The translations under genes were made by a program, and so were the position numbers. The notes under the pieces are model-generated. The model worked only from the letters and a program-made list of their open reading frames with translations, had not been told where the DNA came from and ran no database searches. From a virus, in IMG/VR virus record IMGVR_UViG_3300001682_000633: a stretch of DNA of 64,000 nucleotides; one strand, given 5' to 3'. Positions 18,712-27,613 of this stretch are shown piece by piece. Each line of letters opens with the position of its first letter. Position 1 is the first letter of the stretch.

Positions 18712-20115
18712 GTGAATATAATGTACTGTGCCTATGTTACCAGGATTCACAATCTGAGGAAGCATACCAATGCCGACCGGCTGCTCTGTGGCGAATGCTT
18801 CGGTAATACGGTGATTGTGGATCTCGGCACCGACCCTGATCAGCTGGGCGTGTACTTCCCTACCGATGGCAAACTCGGTTTGGAGTTTGCACAGAAGAAT
18901 GACCTGCTGCGGCGCAAGGATGAGAACGGCGCTCCGGCTGGCGGATACCTTGACCCGGAGAAGCGGAATATTAAGGCTCTCAAGCTCCGGGGCGAGAAGA
19001 GCGACGGTCTGTTCCTCCCTCTCTCCTGTTTGGCTTCTTTTACCGATATCAAGAAGCTCCAAGAGGGCGACACGATCTCTGTGTTGAACGGCATCACTAT
19101 CTGCGAGAAGTACGTACCCGCCGTCAAACGTTCCTCCGGTAGTGGGGGGGGTGGCAATCATGTTCGTAAGCGTTCTGATCCTATCTCCCCGCTCTTCCAA
19201 GAACACGCTGACACGGAGCAGTTGGCCTACAACCTCTCCGCATTCCATGCTGGGGATCTGGTAGAAGTTACCCTGAAAATGCACGGAACTTCTCAGCGTA
19301 CTGGCTATCTGCCTGTGTTGCAGGGCTACAAATATCGGAACGGTATGGAAAAACGGCTCTATGAGAGTCGTAAGACCCCGAATGTGATTCGTTCCAAGAT
19401 CAAGCGGACACCCATCTATGACTGGGGCTACGTTACTGGAACCCGCCGCGTGGTTCTGGACACCTTCGATGAGGGAGGCTACTACGGTAATAACGCTTTC
19501 CGAGAGAAACACGCCAAGGTCTTTGAAGGAAAGCTCCACAAGGGAGAGACAGTCTACTATGAGGTCGTTGGATTCACTGATGACGGTACGCCCATCATGA
19601 ATCCCGGAAATAACTCTAAGCTGAACGACAAGGAATTTACCAAACAGTACGGTAAAACCACCACATTCAGCTATGGCTGCGCTCCCGATGGCAAGGAACA
19701 TCCCAAGTCCGATCTTTTCGTTTACCGCATGACGATGACCAACGAAGACGGCGATGTGGTGGAGTATCCGCCCGACTTTATGCGCTATCGTTGCGAACAG
19801 ATGGGCGTCAAATATGTTCCTCTGATGTATAGGGGGCTTATTCCCGAAGAGGAAATCTTCACAGGAACTTCTTGCGAACTGACTAATGCTGGCGAATGGA
19901 TTAAAACCAAAGCCGAGCAGTATTATGACGGCCCCGATCCTGTCGGTCATACCCATGTTCGGGAAGGTGTCGTGTGCCGCATTGTCAACCGTCCTAAGTT
20001 CGCCGCCTATAAGCATAAAAACTTTGCGTTCAAGGCGCTGGAGGGGCTGATCAAAGACACCGCCGCCGCGCCTGATATGGAAGAGATGCAAGATGTTGGA
20101 GAACAGAACGGATAA
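18712..20115 (+). CDS. ATP-dependent RNA ligase (Rnl2/DRB0094-type) with N-terminal OB-like domain
   Basis: KHTNADRL and LKLRGEKSDGL N-domain; nucleotidyltransferase motifs KMHG, YYEVVG, REGVV, YKHKN. Confidence 0.85.
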   Translation: MNIMYCAYVTRIHNLRKHTNADRLLCGECFGNTVIVDLGTDPDQLGVYFPTDGKLGLEFAQKNDLLRRKDENGAPAGGYLDPEKRNIKALKLRGEKSDGLFLPLSCLASFTDIKKLQEGDTISVLNGITICEKYVPAVKRSSGSGGGGNHVRKRSDPISPLFQEHADTEQLAYNLSAFHAGDLVEVTLKMHGTSQRTGYLPVLQGYKYRNGMEKRLYESRKTPNVIRSKIKRTPIYDWGYVTGTRRVVLDTFDEGGYYGNNAFREKHAKVFEGKLHKGETVYYEVVGFTDDGTPIMNPGNNSKLNDKEFTKQYGKTTTFSYGCAPDGKEHPKSDLFVYRMTMTNEDGDVVEYPPDFMRYRCEQMGVKYVPLMYRGLIPEEEIFTGTSCELTNAGEWIKTKAEQYYDGPDPVGHTHVREGVVCRIVNRPKFAAYKHKNFAFKALEGLIKDTAAAPDMEEMQDVGEQNG

Positions 20116-20300
20116 GGAAGTTATTCTTGACTTTATTGATAACTTCAAGAATACTCAAGAGACTTTTCTATGATGTGACAGAGCGGTACGGCTCGTCAGA
20201 ACATCTTATGCGCTGGGCAGATATGGAGCGATTCGGCTCAAGCCTATACTGGAGACTGATCCGGGATTGTATCAAAAAGGAGCCTATGAAAAATGATTGA
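20093..20300 (+). pseudogene. Internally deleted/frameshifted small phage gene
   Basis: MLENRTDKEVILDFIDNFKNTQETFL* continues in another frame as YDVTERY...WRLIRDCIKKEPMKND*; both ends overlap neighbouring genes as in a coupled gene. Confidence 0.45.
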
Positions 20301-20814
20301 TACACAGAGTCTTATAGGGATGCGGTTTGGTGATTTAGAAGTGATTGCCTTTTCTCACTTACATAACCACAGAGCCTATTGGTTATGTAAGTGTAAACGT
20401 TGTGGGAATGAAAAAGTGATTTGTCGCCAGTCGCTTATCGCTGGGCGTTCAAAAAGCTGTGGTTGTCAAATTCATACAAATCCTGTGACTCATGGAGATT
20501 CTTATAAACGTCTTTACAACATTTTTAAGTGCATGAAGCAACGTTGCAACAATCCTAACTATACACAGTACAAAGATTATGGAGGACGTGGAATCTTTGT
20601 TTGTGAAGAATGGTCTGGCAGAGATGGATATTTACACTTCAAAGAGTGGGCACTCAGTAATGGCTATCAAGACGATTTAACAATAGACCGTAAGGATGTC
20701 AATAAAGAGTATTCTCCAGAGAATTGTCGTTGGGCGACCAGGAAAGAACAGGCGCAGAACAGGCGGTATACCAGAAATCAATACGGTATTTACCCAAAGA
20801 AGGGAGATGAATGA
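20293..20814 (+). CDS. Free-standing HNH-type homing endonuclease
   Basis: WLCKCKRCG, MKQRCNNPN..YKDYGGRGI, LTIDRKD...YSPENCRWAT. Confidence 0.8.
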   Translation: MIDTQSLIGMRFGDLEVIAFSHLHNHRAYWLCKCKRCGNEKVICRQSLIAGRSKSCGCQIHTNPVTHGDSYKRLYNIFKCMKQRCNNPNYTQYKDYGGRGIFVCEEWSGRDGYLHFKEWALSNGYQDDLTIDRKDVNKEYSPENCRWATRKEQAQNRRYTRNQYGIYPKKGDE

Positions 20815-21730
20815 ATTGCAGAGGTTTTACATGATGGTTGGTCTCCCCGGTAGCGGGAAGTCATTCACTGCTGCAAACATTTCTGATGCTGTTGTGCATT
20901 CCAGCGATGCGATCCGGGCCGAAGTTCTTGGTAACGAGAGCGACCAAACCCAACAAGACTTGGTTTTCCAGGCCCTTCACAAAAGGGTTTTGCAGGATCT
21001 GGCGGATGGCAAGGATGTGGTGTACGACGCTACCAATATCAACTACAAGCGCCGTATCGGGTTCCTTGATCGTGTCCGAGCACTCCACAAACATGATTTG
21101 CGTACAGTATGTCTTTTCATGGCGACACCCTATGAGGTGTGTTTGGAGCGCAACAATAATCGGGAACGTTCTGTCCCGGAGTCTGTAATCCAAAGGATGT
21201 ACTTCAAATTCGATATCCCCATGATGGCGGAAGGTTGGGATGAAATCAGGATCGTGGGTGACGAAGACCACCACGACCAGATCGACACTCTCATGCTTCG
21301 TCTTTCCAAGCTGGAACATGATAATCCGCACCACGAGTACACGGTTGGTCAGCACTCTATGACGGCATGGCAGTATCTGATCAGCCACTATAAAAGTGCA
21401 GATGCTACTCTGCTCCGCGCCACGCTGTTGCACGATATTGGCAAAGAGAAGACCAAAGTATTTCATGACATCAAAGGCAACCCCACTGAGATCGCCCACT
21501 TCTATCATCATGAGCGTGTAGGAGCTTATGACAGCTTCTGCTATACCGGCGATCTCAGTCCTAACCAGCGCCTTACTGTGGCGCTGCTGATCCGCTGGCA
21601 TATGTGGCCGTATGCGGTTGAAAAGTCAGATAATCCGAGTAAGACGGTTAGCAAAATCAAGCGTCTGCTTGGTAATGATATCTGGAACCAGGTCATGGTG
21701 TTGAATACCTGTGACCGCAATGCACACTGA
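20807..21730 (+). CDS. Polynucleotide kinase (P-loop) fused to HD phosphohydrolase
   Basis: VGLPGSGKS, SSDAIR, YDATN, RNNNRERSVP; HHEYTVGQH, LLHDIGK, HFYHHE, WHM. Confidence 0.85.
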   Translation: MNELQRFYMMVGLPGSGKSFTAANISDAVVHSSDAIRAEVLGNESDQTQQDLVFQALHKRVLQDLADGKDVVYDATNINYKRRIGFLDRVRALHKHDLRTVCLFMATPYEVCLERNNNRERSVPESVIQRMYFKFDIPMMAEGWDEIRIVGDEDHHDQIDTLMLRLSKLEHDNPHHEYTVGQHSMTAWQYLISHYKSADATLLRATLLHDIGKEKTKVFHDIKGNPTEIAHFYHHERVGAYDSFCYTGDLSPNQRLTVALLIRWHMWPYAVEKSDNPSKTVSKIKRLLGNDIWNQVMVLNTCDRNAH

Positions 21731-21747
21731 ATAGGAGGAAAATAATT

Positions 21748-22212
21748 ATGAGTCCCGATTTGATCCACACTCCCTACATCGCTCCCCGTATCTCTGTTAT
21801 GGCACCCCCCCCGGTAACTCTCGATGCTGAACGGTTCGTTGATGAGCTTCTAAGCGGCCTGCGTATGCCGGACGGCGGATTTGTTGCCCATCTTATTCCC
21901 AACGGAGATCCTTTCTCCAACGGTTGGAATGCGGCAATGAAGCTCCAAGCCAGTCAGCCTGCGTCTCGCCGTCTGCCAATGCCCGTCAATGTGATTTTCC
22001 ATAACCCGGCTACCATCGTGTTCTGGGATGACGGTGATAAGACGGTTGTGAAGTGTCAGCCTGGTGATACATTCAGTGCCGAAGCGGGCCTGACTGCCGC
22101 CATGCTGAAGAAGTACATGGGCAACGACAATACTTTCAACAAGGTCATCAACGAGTGGCTGGCACGAGCCAGCTATGCCAGCGTCCCTGCCCTGCCGGAG
22201 GCCACAGAGTAA
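21748..22212 (+). CDS. Conserved phage hypothetical protein
   Basis: VIFHNPATIVFWDDGDKTVVKC motif; AGGAGG RBS. Confidence 0.7.
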   Translation: MSPDLIHTPYIAPRISVMAPPPVTLDAERFVDELLSGLRMPDGGFVAHLIPNGDPFSNGWNAAMKLQASQPASRRLPMPVNVIFHNPATIVFWDDGDKTVVKCQPGDTFSAEAGLTAAMLKKYMGNDNTFNKVINEWLARASYASVPALPEATE

Positions 22213-22215
22213 CCA

Positions 22216-22323
22216 ATGGACGGTATCATCCTACTGATTTTGGCTCTGGTGCTGATTTATACGGTAGGATCGGGTGGCGATGATGACAATCATTGGAACC
22301 GGGGAGGTGGGTGCTTTGCATAG
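22216..22323 (+). CDS. Small membrane peptide (35 aa)
   Basis: MDGIILLILALVLIYTVGSGGDDDNHWNRGGGCFA*; fills the gap between two genes. Confidence 0.45.
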   Translation: MDGIILLILALVLIYTVGSGGDDDNHWNRGGGCFA

Positions 22324-23253
22324 CAGAGAAGAGTTGGAAGAGATGCAGCGCCTGCCTCTCCAACGCAAAATCCAGATCACTACCGCTCGTATCATCGAGT
22401 GGTATCAGCACTATGATGGAAAGGTCTATGTGGCATTTAGCGGCGGTAAGGATTCTACCGTACTACTCGATATTGTGCGGCGGATCTACCCCGATGTGCC
22501 TGCTGTTTTCTCTGATACCGGGCTTGAGTTCCCGGAAGTCAGAGAATTTGTTAAGAGCTGTGAAAACGTTACGATTGTCCGGCCTGAGATGAACTTCCGT
22601 AAAGTCATTGAGGTGTACGGATACCCCGTTGTCTCGAAGCGTGTAGCTGACACTGTGGAATATGGGCATAAGCCTGGTTCTTTCAGATGGAAAGAGCTAC
22701 ATGGAGAGATCATGCGGAGCAACGGAACGCCGTCAGAGTTCAACTGCGAAAAATGGTGTTATCTGTTGGATGCCCCATTCAAGGTTTCTTCCCGGTGCTG
22801 TACAGTCATGAAGAAGCAGCCTATGAAGAAATACTCCAAGGAAACTGGTCGAGTACCTATTATTGCGACTATGGCAAACGAGAGCAGATCTCGGCGTGCC
22901 ACATGGTTGCGTATGGGATGTAATGCTTTTTCCGGTAAGAAGCCCAGCTCCCAACCCATGTCTTTTTGGACTGAGGAAGATGTACTGGAATACCTCTATA
23001 CCTACCAAGTCCCCTATGCTTCAGTTTATGGCGAGATCGTCAGAACTGATGGGGGGGGTGGACGACGACAGGTGAAAAGCGTACTGGCTGTGTCTTTTGT
23101 GCCTTTGGCGCTCACCTTGAAAAAGCTCCAAACCGTTTCCAGCGTCTAAAAATCACGCACCCAAAGCTCTGGGATTACTGCATGAGGCCGTGGGAAGAGC
23201 ATGGTTTGGGTATGCGGCAAGTCCTTGAGTACATTGGTGTGCCAATAGAATAG
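22316..23253 (+). CDS. PAPS-reductase-family (PP-loop) protein, frameshifted at G8 tract 23051-23058
   Basis: AFSGGKDS, DTGLEFPE, RCC; conserved C-terminus WTTTGEKRTGCVFCAFG...PNRFQRLK lies in another frame after GAT-G8-TGG. Confidence 0.8.
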
Positions 23254-23312
23254 CACTCTCGGTTAGCAGATACGATTTTGGGTCTGTAATTACAGAGGAA
23301 AGGAGGAATAGC

Positions 23313-23591
23313 ATGAAAGACAAGCTGGAATATCTCGGCTGTTTTACTGCGGTGGTCGGTATAATCGGGGCGCTCGTGTTTAGCCCTGTTATCACATTCG
23401 GCTTGGCGTGGTTTGGCGGCTGGATTCTGAAGCTGTGTGTTGGAGATGCCATCACAAATGGTATGAACCTGATGTTCAACACAACGCGCTTCACCCCGGA
23501 TTTCATTCCGCTGGCCTGCGCCACCCTCGCTACGATCGGCAAATATTTCAAGAGTTCTCAAACTAACAATAACAAATCTGAAAGGAGCTAA
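23313..23591 (+). CDS. Membrane protein
   Basis: AGGAGG RBS, hydrophobic segments. Confidence 0.7.
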   Translation: MKDKLEYLGCFTAVVGIIGALVFSPVITFGLAWFGGWILKLCVGDAITNGMNLMFNTTRFTPDFIPLACATLATIGKYFKSSQTNNNKSERS

Positions 23592-23697
23592 TACCAATCC
23601 CGGTAAACCGGGTTTCTACAAGATTGATAAGTGTAGAGTAAAGCCGTCTGTTACAGCGTGAAAGCCATCTGGCCGGTAGCAGGGGAGGATTAGGCGG

Positions 23698-24540
23698 TTG
23701 ACCTCAGCCGAGATGGTTGTGGTCGGTATGAAGCACATCGTTTGTTTTTCTGGCGGTCATTCCTCTGCGATTGCCGCCGTGGAAGTAGTTAGAAAGTTCG
23801 GAGCAGAGGACACGATCTTGCTCAATCATGATTTGTGTCCTCGAACCGAAGACGCGGATATCAAGCGTTTCAAAAAAGAGGTTTCGGATTATCTGGGCGT
23901 TCCTATTACTTACGCCAATATGCCCGGATGGGATGTTAAGGATCAGTTCGACGTATGTATGGAAATCAAGGCGTTTAAGGCTGGCGCTCAGTCCACCGCC
24001 TTTTGCACCAACAGACTGAAGACTGAGCCTTTTCATAAATGGCTGTCCGAGCACTATCCCGCAAATCCTCCCGAAGTGAGGGATGACATCTCATTAGTCT
24101 ATGGCTTTGACGCCAATGAACAGCACCGTATCCGGCGCAGAGTTGGCATTATGGCCGCAATGGGGTACCAAACAGAGTACCCTTTGACATGGGAAGCACG
24201 TACTATCCATGACATCGAGGAGGTTGGGATCGAGCGTCCGAAGACCTACAGCATTTTCAATCATGCGAATTGTACCGGGTGTTTGAAAGCCGGCAAACAA
24301 CATTGGTTTGTTGTTTATTGCCTCTATCCTGAAATATGGGAAAAGGCGAAGCTGGCCGAAGATACAATCGGGTACAGTATTCTCAAACAAGGCTATCTTT
24401 CAGGTTTTGAGGCGGAATTTGCCAAGCTCAAAGAAAAGGCGTTACCGCCCACTGAAAAAGCCAAACCTCAAACATTTTGGGCCGCTGCACGAAAGCTCAT
24501 CAAGGACGACGATGATTTGCCGTGCGAGTGCTCATTTTAA
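23698..24540 (+). CDS. Second PAPS-reductase-like/PP-loop protein (start may be ATG 23728)
   Basis: HIVCFSGGHSSA, CTNRLK, HANCTGCLKAG, terminal CEC. Confidence 0.75.
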   Translation: MTSAEMVVVGMKHIVCFSGGHSSAIAAVEVVRKFGAEDTILLNHDLCPRTEDADIKRFKKEVSDYLGVPITYANMPGWDVKDQFDVCMEIKAFKAGAQSTAFCTNRLKTEPFHKWLSEHYPANPPEVRDDISLVYGFDANEQHRIRRRVGIMAAMGYQTEYPLTWEARTIHDIEEVGIERPKTYSIFNHANCTGCLKAGKQHWFVVYCLYPEIWEKAKLAEDTIGYSILKQGYLSGFEAEFAKLKEKALPPTEKAKPQTFWAAARKLIKDDDDLPCECSF

Positions 24541-24566
24541 GCATTTTTAGAAAAGAGGCTATCAAA

Positions 24567-24815
24567 ATGAAAAAGCGTGTAATTGCGATGGTAGCGGCTC
24601 TTGTTTTGTGTTTTGCGCTTACCGGCTGCAACAAGCAAGTGGTCGATACTACGTTTAGCTTTGACCGAGCCATTATCAGCTTACCCAATGGCGAAGTTAT
24701 AACTGGCAAGGTTCAGTCCTGGAAGGATTACGAAGACGGAGACCAGATCCAAGTGAAGATCGACGGTGTGACGTATTTAGTCCATAGCTCAAATGTTGCT
24801 CTGATTTCTGATTAA
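24567..24815 (+). CDS. Lipoprotein
   Basis: MKK signal peptide with LTGC lipobox. Confidence 0.75.
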   Translation: MKKRVIAMVAALVLCFALTGCNKQVVDTTFSFDRAIISLPNGEVITGKVQSWKDYEDGDQIQVKIDGVTYLVHSSNVALISD

Positions 24816-24830
24816 GAGAGAAGTAGCATC

Positions 24831-25357
24831 ATGAAAATGGATAAGGTTGCCGGCAGCGGCAATGACGAGTTCTATACACCGGAGTATGCGATTACCCCGT
24901 TGTACAAGTATCTCCCACCCCCCCCGTGACAATTTGGTGCCCGTTTGACACTGAGGATAGTTTGTTTGTAAAACTCTTTCGGCAACGTGGCTATACCGTA
25001 ATCGCAACACATATTGCAAACGGTCAGGATTTTTTCGCTATTGATCCGCCGAGGTGTGACTACATCATCAGTAACCCTCCGTACTCCCTCAAAGGTGAAG
25101 TGTTTGAGCGGCTGTTCCAGTTGAATATACCCTTTGCTATGTTAGTAGGGGTCGTCGGACTCTTCGAGAGCCAGAAACGTTTTGAGATGTTCCGTGAGCA
25201 TGATTTTGAAATCATGTATCTCAATCGGCGTGTATCTTACTTTAAGAACTACGCCGACCAAAAGCCGTCTCTAAACCCGCCTTTCAGCAGTGTCTATGTA
25301 TGTAAAGGGATGCTACCTAAACAGATAGTCTTTGAGGAGATTACTAAAACCGCATAA
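24831..25357 (+). CDS. DNA amino-methyltransferase (NPPY), frameshifted at C8 tract 24918-24925
   Basis: N-part NDEFYTPEYA stops after PPPP; IWCPFD, GQDFF and IISNPPYS continue in another frame from GTG 24926. Confidence 0.78.
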
Positions 25358-25645
25358 AGATCGAAAAATGAATACGAAAAGGGTAATCCAATGCTTCTAA
25401 TGCTTCCGATACCCCCATGCAAACACGATATGAGCAAAGAAGCGAAGCGGCTACGACAAGAACTACTCGATGAGCTGACACAACTATATAGTGTTTTGGA
25501 GTGTGGGGAATGTGATTTGCCCAAAATCACAAAAGAAATAAGTACCATTCAGCGAAAATTGAAAAACCTATAAATCAGTCGGTAAGAGAACTTATAATCC
25601 TCTATTCTCGACTGATAAAAATTGACTTTGCAACAAAGAAAATTA

Positions 25646-25674
25646 TTGACTTTATGGAGACAGCATGATAGAAT
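25646..25674 (+). promoter_or_regulatory. Sigma-A promoter flanked by two TAGCAACAAAG motifs
   Basis: TTGACT-17-TAGAAT with TG extension; motifs at 25628 and 25718. Confidence 0.65.
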
Positions 25675-25754
25675 GAAAGCAGTTCGAGGGAGATTGTAAA
25701 TCCCTCAACCTTCCATTTAGCAACAAAGTAAACCAACGAAAGGACTGAGGTGCC

Positions 25755-27584
25755 ATTTACAGAGCAAAGATCAAGACCAAAGAGGTCGCCGGCGTTTTCT
25801 TTTGTGGAGGCAGCGGGAGCACCGATGGAATTGTGAGATACACAAACATTCCTGTGGTCGGTGCTGTAAATCATGATCTGGCTGCAATTCGTATGCACCA
25901 GACCAACCATCCGTTTACGGAGCACTATAAGGAGGACGTATTTGCGGTCGATCCTAAGAGCTTCTGCGACGGATATCCCATGGGTTTTGCCTGGTTTTCG
26001 CCGGACTGCACGCATTTTTCCCGTGCCAGAGGCGGTACCCCAGTCAAGAAAGAGATTCGTGGCCTGTCATGGGTGCTGGTCAAATGGGCGCTGAGTGTCA
26101 GACCGCGTGTCATGGTCATGGAGAATGTACCTGAGATCAGAACTTGGGGGCCGCTGATCGAACGCAACGGCAAGAAGTATCCTGACCCTGACCGAGCCGG
26201 TGAGACGTTTGAAGGATTTGTGAAGATCCTGACTACTGGCATTGAACCCGATCACCCCGCACTTCTGGAGTGCTGCGAGTTCCTACATATTGATCCCAAG
26301 GGCGAAGAAGCCAAGCCGCTGATTGCCGGCCTGGGATACGACATGGAATGGAATGAGTTGTGTGCGGCTGACTTTGGCGTTCACACCACACGTACACGGT
26401 TTTTCGGTATCTTCCGTTGTGACGGCAAGCCGATCGTATGGCCGAAGCAAACCCATGGTAAGCGGGACTCTGCTACGGTGTTGAACGGAGAGCTGGAACC
26501 CTGGGCACCCGCCGCTGACATTTTGGATTTTAGCATTCCTGCTCCAAGCATTTTTGCTACCAAAGAAGAAATCAAGGAGCAGTACGGCGTCCGGGCAGTC
26601 CGCCCGCTACGGGAGAATACGTTGAGGCGGATTACCCGAGGGTTGGATAAATTCGTCCTGAAATCAACAGAACCGTACATCGTGCAGGTGAACCACAGCG
26701 GAGATGGTTTCCGTGGTCAGAGCCTGCAAGACCCGATGCCGACGATTACTGCAAAACACGGATATGGTATCGTCGAGCCGGTTATCGCTCCGTACACCTG
26801 CACCAACACCTCCAACGCGACTGGTGCTGCCGCCAACGATCCGCTGAATACCGTTCGCACCGGTGGAGGCGGCGGGCAGATGGTTGTTACGCCATATCTG
26901 GCTCAGTACCATACAGAGCAGTCTGAGAAGGTTCGCGGTCAGGGCGTAGACGAGCCGATCATGACGCTGGATGCCTCCAACCGCTACGGCGTTGTGTGCC
27001 CTATCCTTACCAAGTATTACGGCAATGATGACCACGGCCAGGACATTCATGAACCTCTGCATACCGTGACAGCCCGCGATCGTGAGGGTTTGGTTTTGGC
27101 TCACGTTTGTAAGTTCAAAGGTGACAACATCGGCCAGCACCCATCCGATCCTTTTCAGACAATCACTGCTTCTGCGGGAGAGTTCGCAGTCATTCAGACT
27201 CGCGTAGTCAAGTATTCTCCTGGCTCCAATGTCGGGAACTGGCCGCAGATCAGAGAGATGCTGAACCGCTGGGCAGGATACTCTCTCGCAGACAACGAAG
27301 TGCTGCTGAAAAACATCAACGGGGAATGGTACTACATCATCGACATTGGCCTGCGAATGCTGAAAGCCAAAGAAGCATATCGGGCTATGGGGTTTGCCCC
27401 TGACTATGTGTTCGATGTTGATTTCAACGGCCAGAAGATGACCACGACCGAGCAGATGGAGAAGTGTGGAAATGCTGTATGTCCCGATCTCGCCGGCCTT
27501 ATTACTGCGGCAAATCTGCCGGAATACGCCAGAAGTGAAGTTTGCCACAGCATGAAGGAATGGCGTGAGTCGGTGGTGGCGTAA
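25755..27584 (+). CDS. C5-cytosine DNA methyltransferase (phage type, SPDC), probable ATT start
   Basis: Motif I FCGGSG lies upstream of GTG 25833; FSPDCTHFS, MENV, RTR, LRML and GNAV motifs; repeated PxxTIT variable region. Confidence 0.88.
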   Translation: MYRAKIKTKEVAGVFFCGGSGSTDGIVRYTNIPVVGAVNHDLAAIRMHQTNHPFTEHYKEDVFAVDPKSFCDGYPMGFAWFSPDCTHFSRARGGTPVKKEIRGLSWVLVKWALSVRPRVMVMENVPEIRTWGPLIERNGKKYPDPDRAGETFEGFVKILTTGIEPDHPALLECCEFLHIDPKGEEAKPLIAGLGYDMEWNELCAADFGVHTTRTRFFGIFRCDGKPIVWPKQTHGKRDSATVLNGELEPWAPAADILDFSIPAPSIFATKEEIKEQYGVRAVRPLRENTLRRITRGLDKFVLKSTEPYIVQVNHSGDGFRGQSLQDPMPTITAKHGYGIVEPVIAPYTCTNTSNATGAAANDPLNTVRTGGGGGQMVVTPYLAQYHTEQSEKVRGQGVDEPIMTLDASNRYGVVCPILTKYYGNDDHGQDIHEPLHTVTARDREGLVLAHVCKFKGDNIGQHPSDPFQTITASAGEFAVIQTRVVKYSPGSNVGNWPQIREMLNRWAGYSLADNEVLLKNINGEWYYIIDIGLRMLKAKEAYRAMGFAPDYVFDVDFNGQKMTTTEQMEKCGNAVCPDLAGLITAANLPEYARSEVCHSMKEWRESVVA

Positions 27585-27613
27585 TCCCATCAAAGCTGAA
27601 AGGGGTGATGACT

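Noticed and set aside
23660..23720. Riboswitch-like hairpin upstream of the second PAPS-reductase-like gene
   Set aside because: Pairing is possible (GCCATCT/AGATGGT, GAGG/CCTC) but no known aptamer consensus was recognised
25391..25573. 60-aa ORF in an AT-rich gap
   Set aside because: Weak RBS and no motif; cannot be supported
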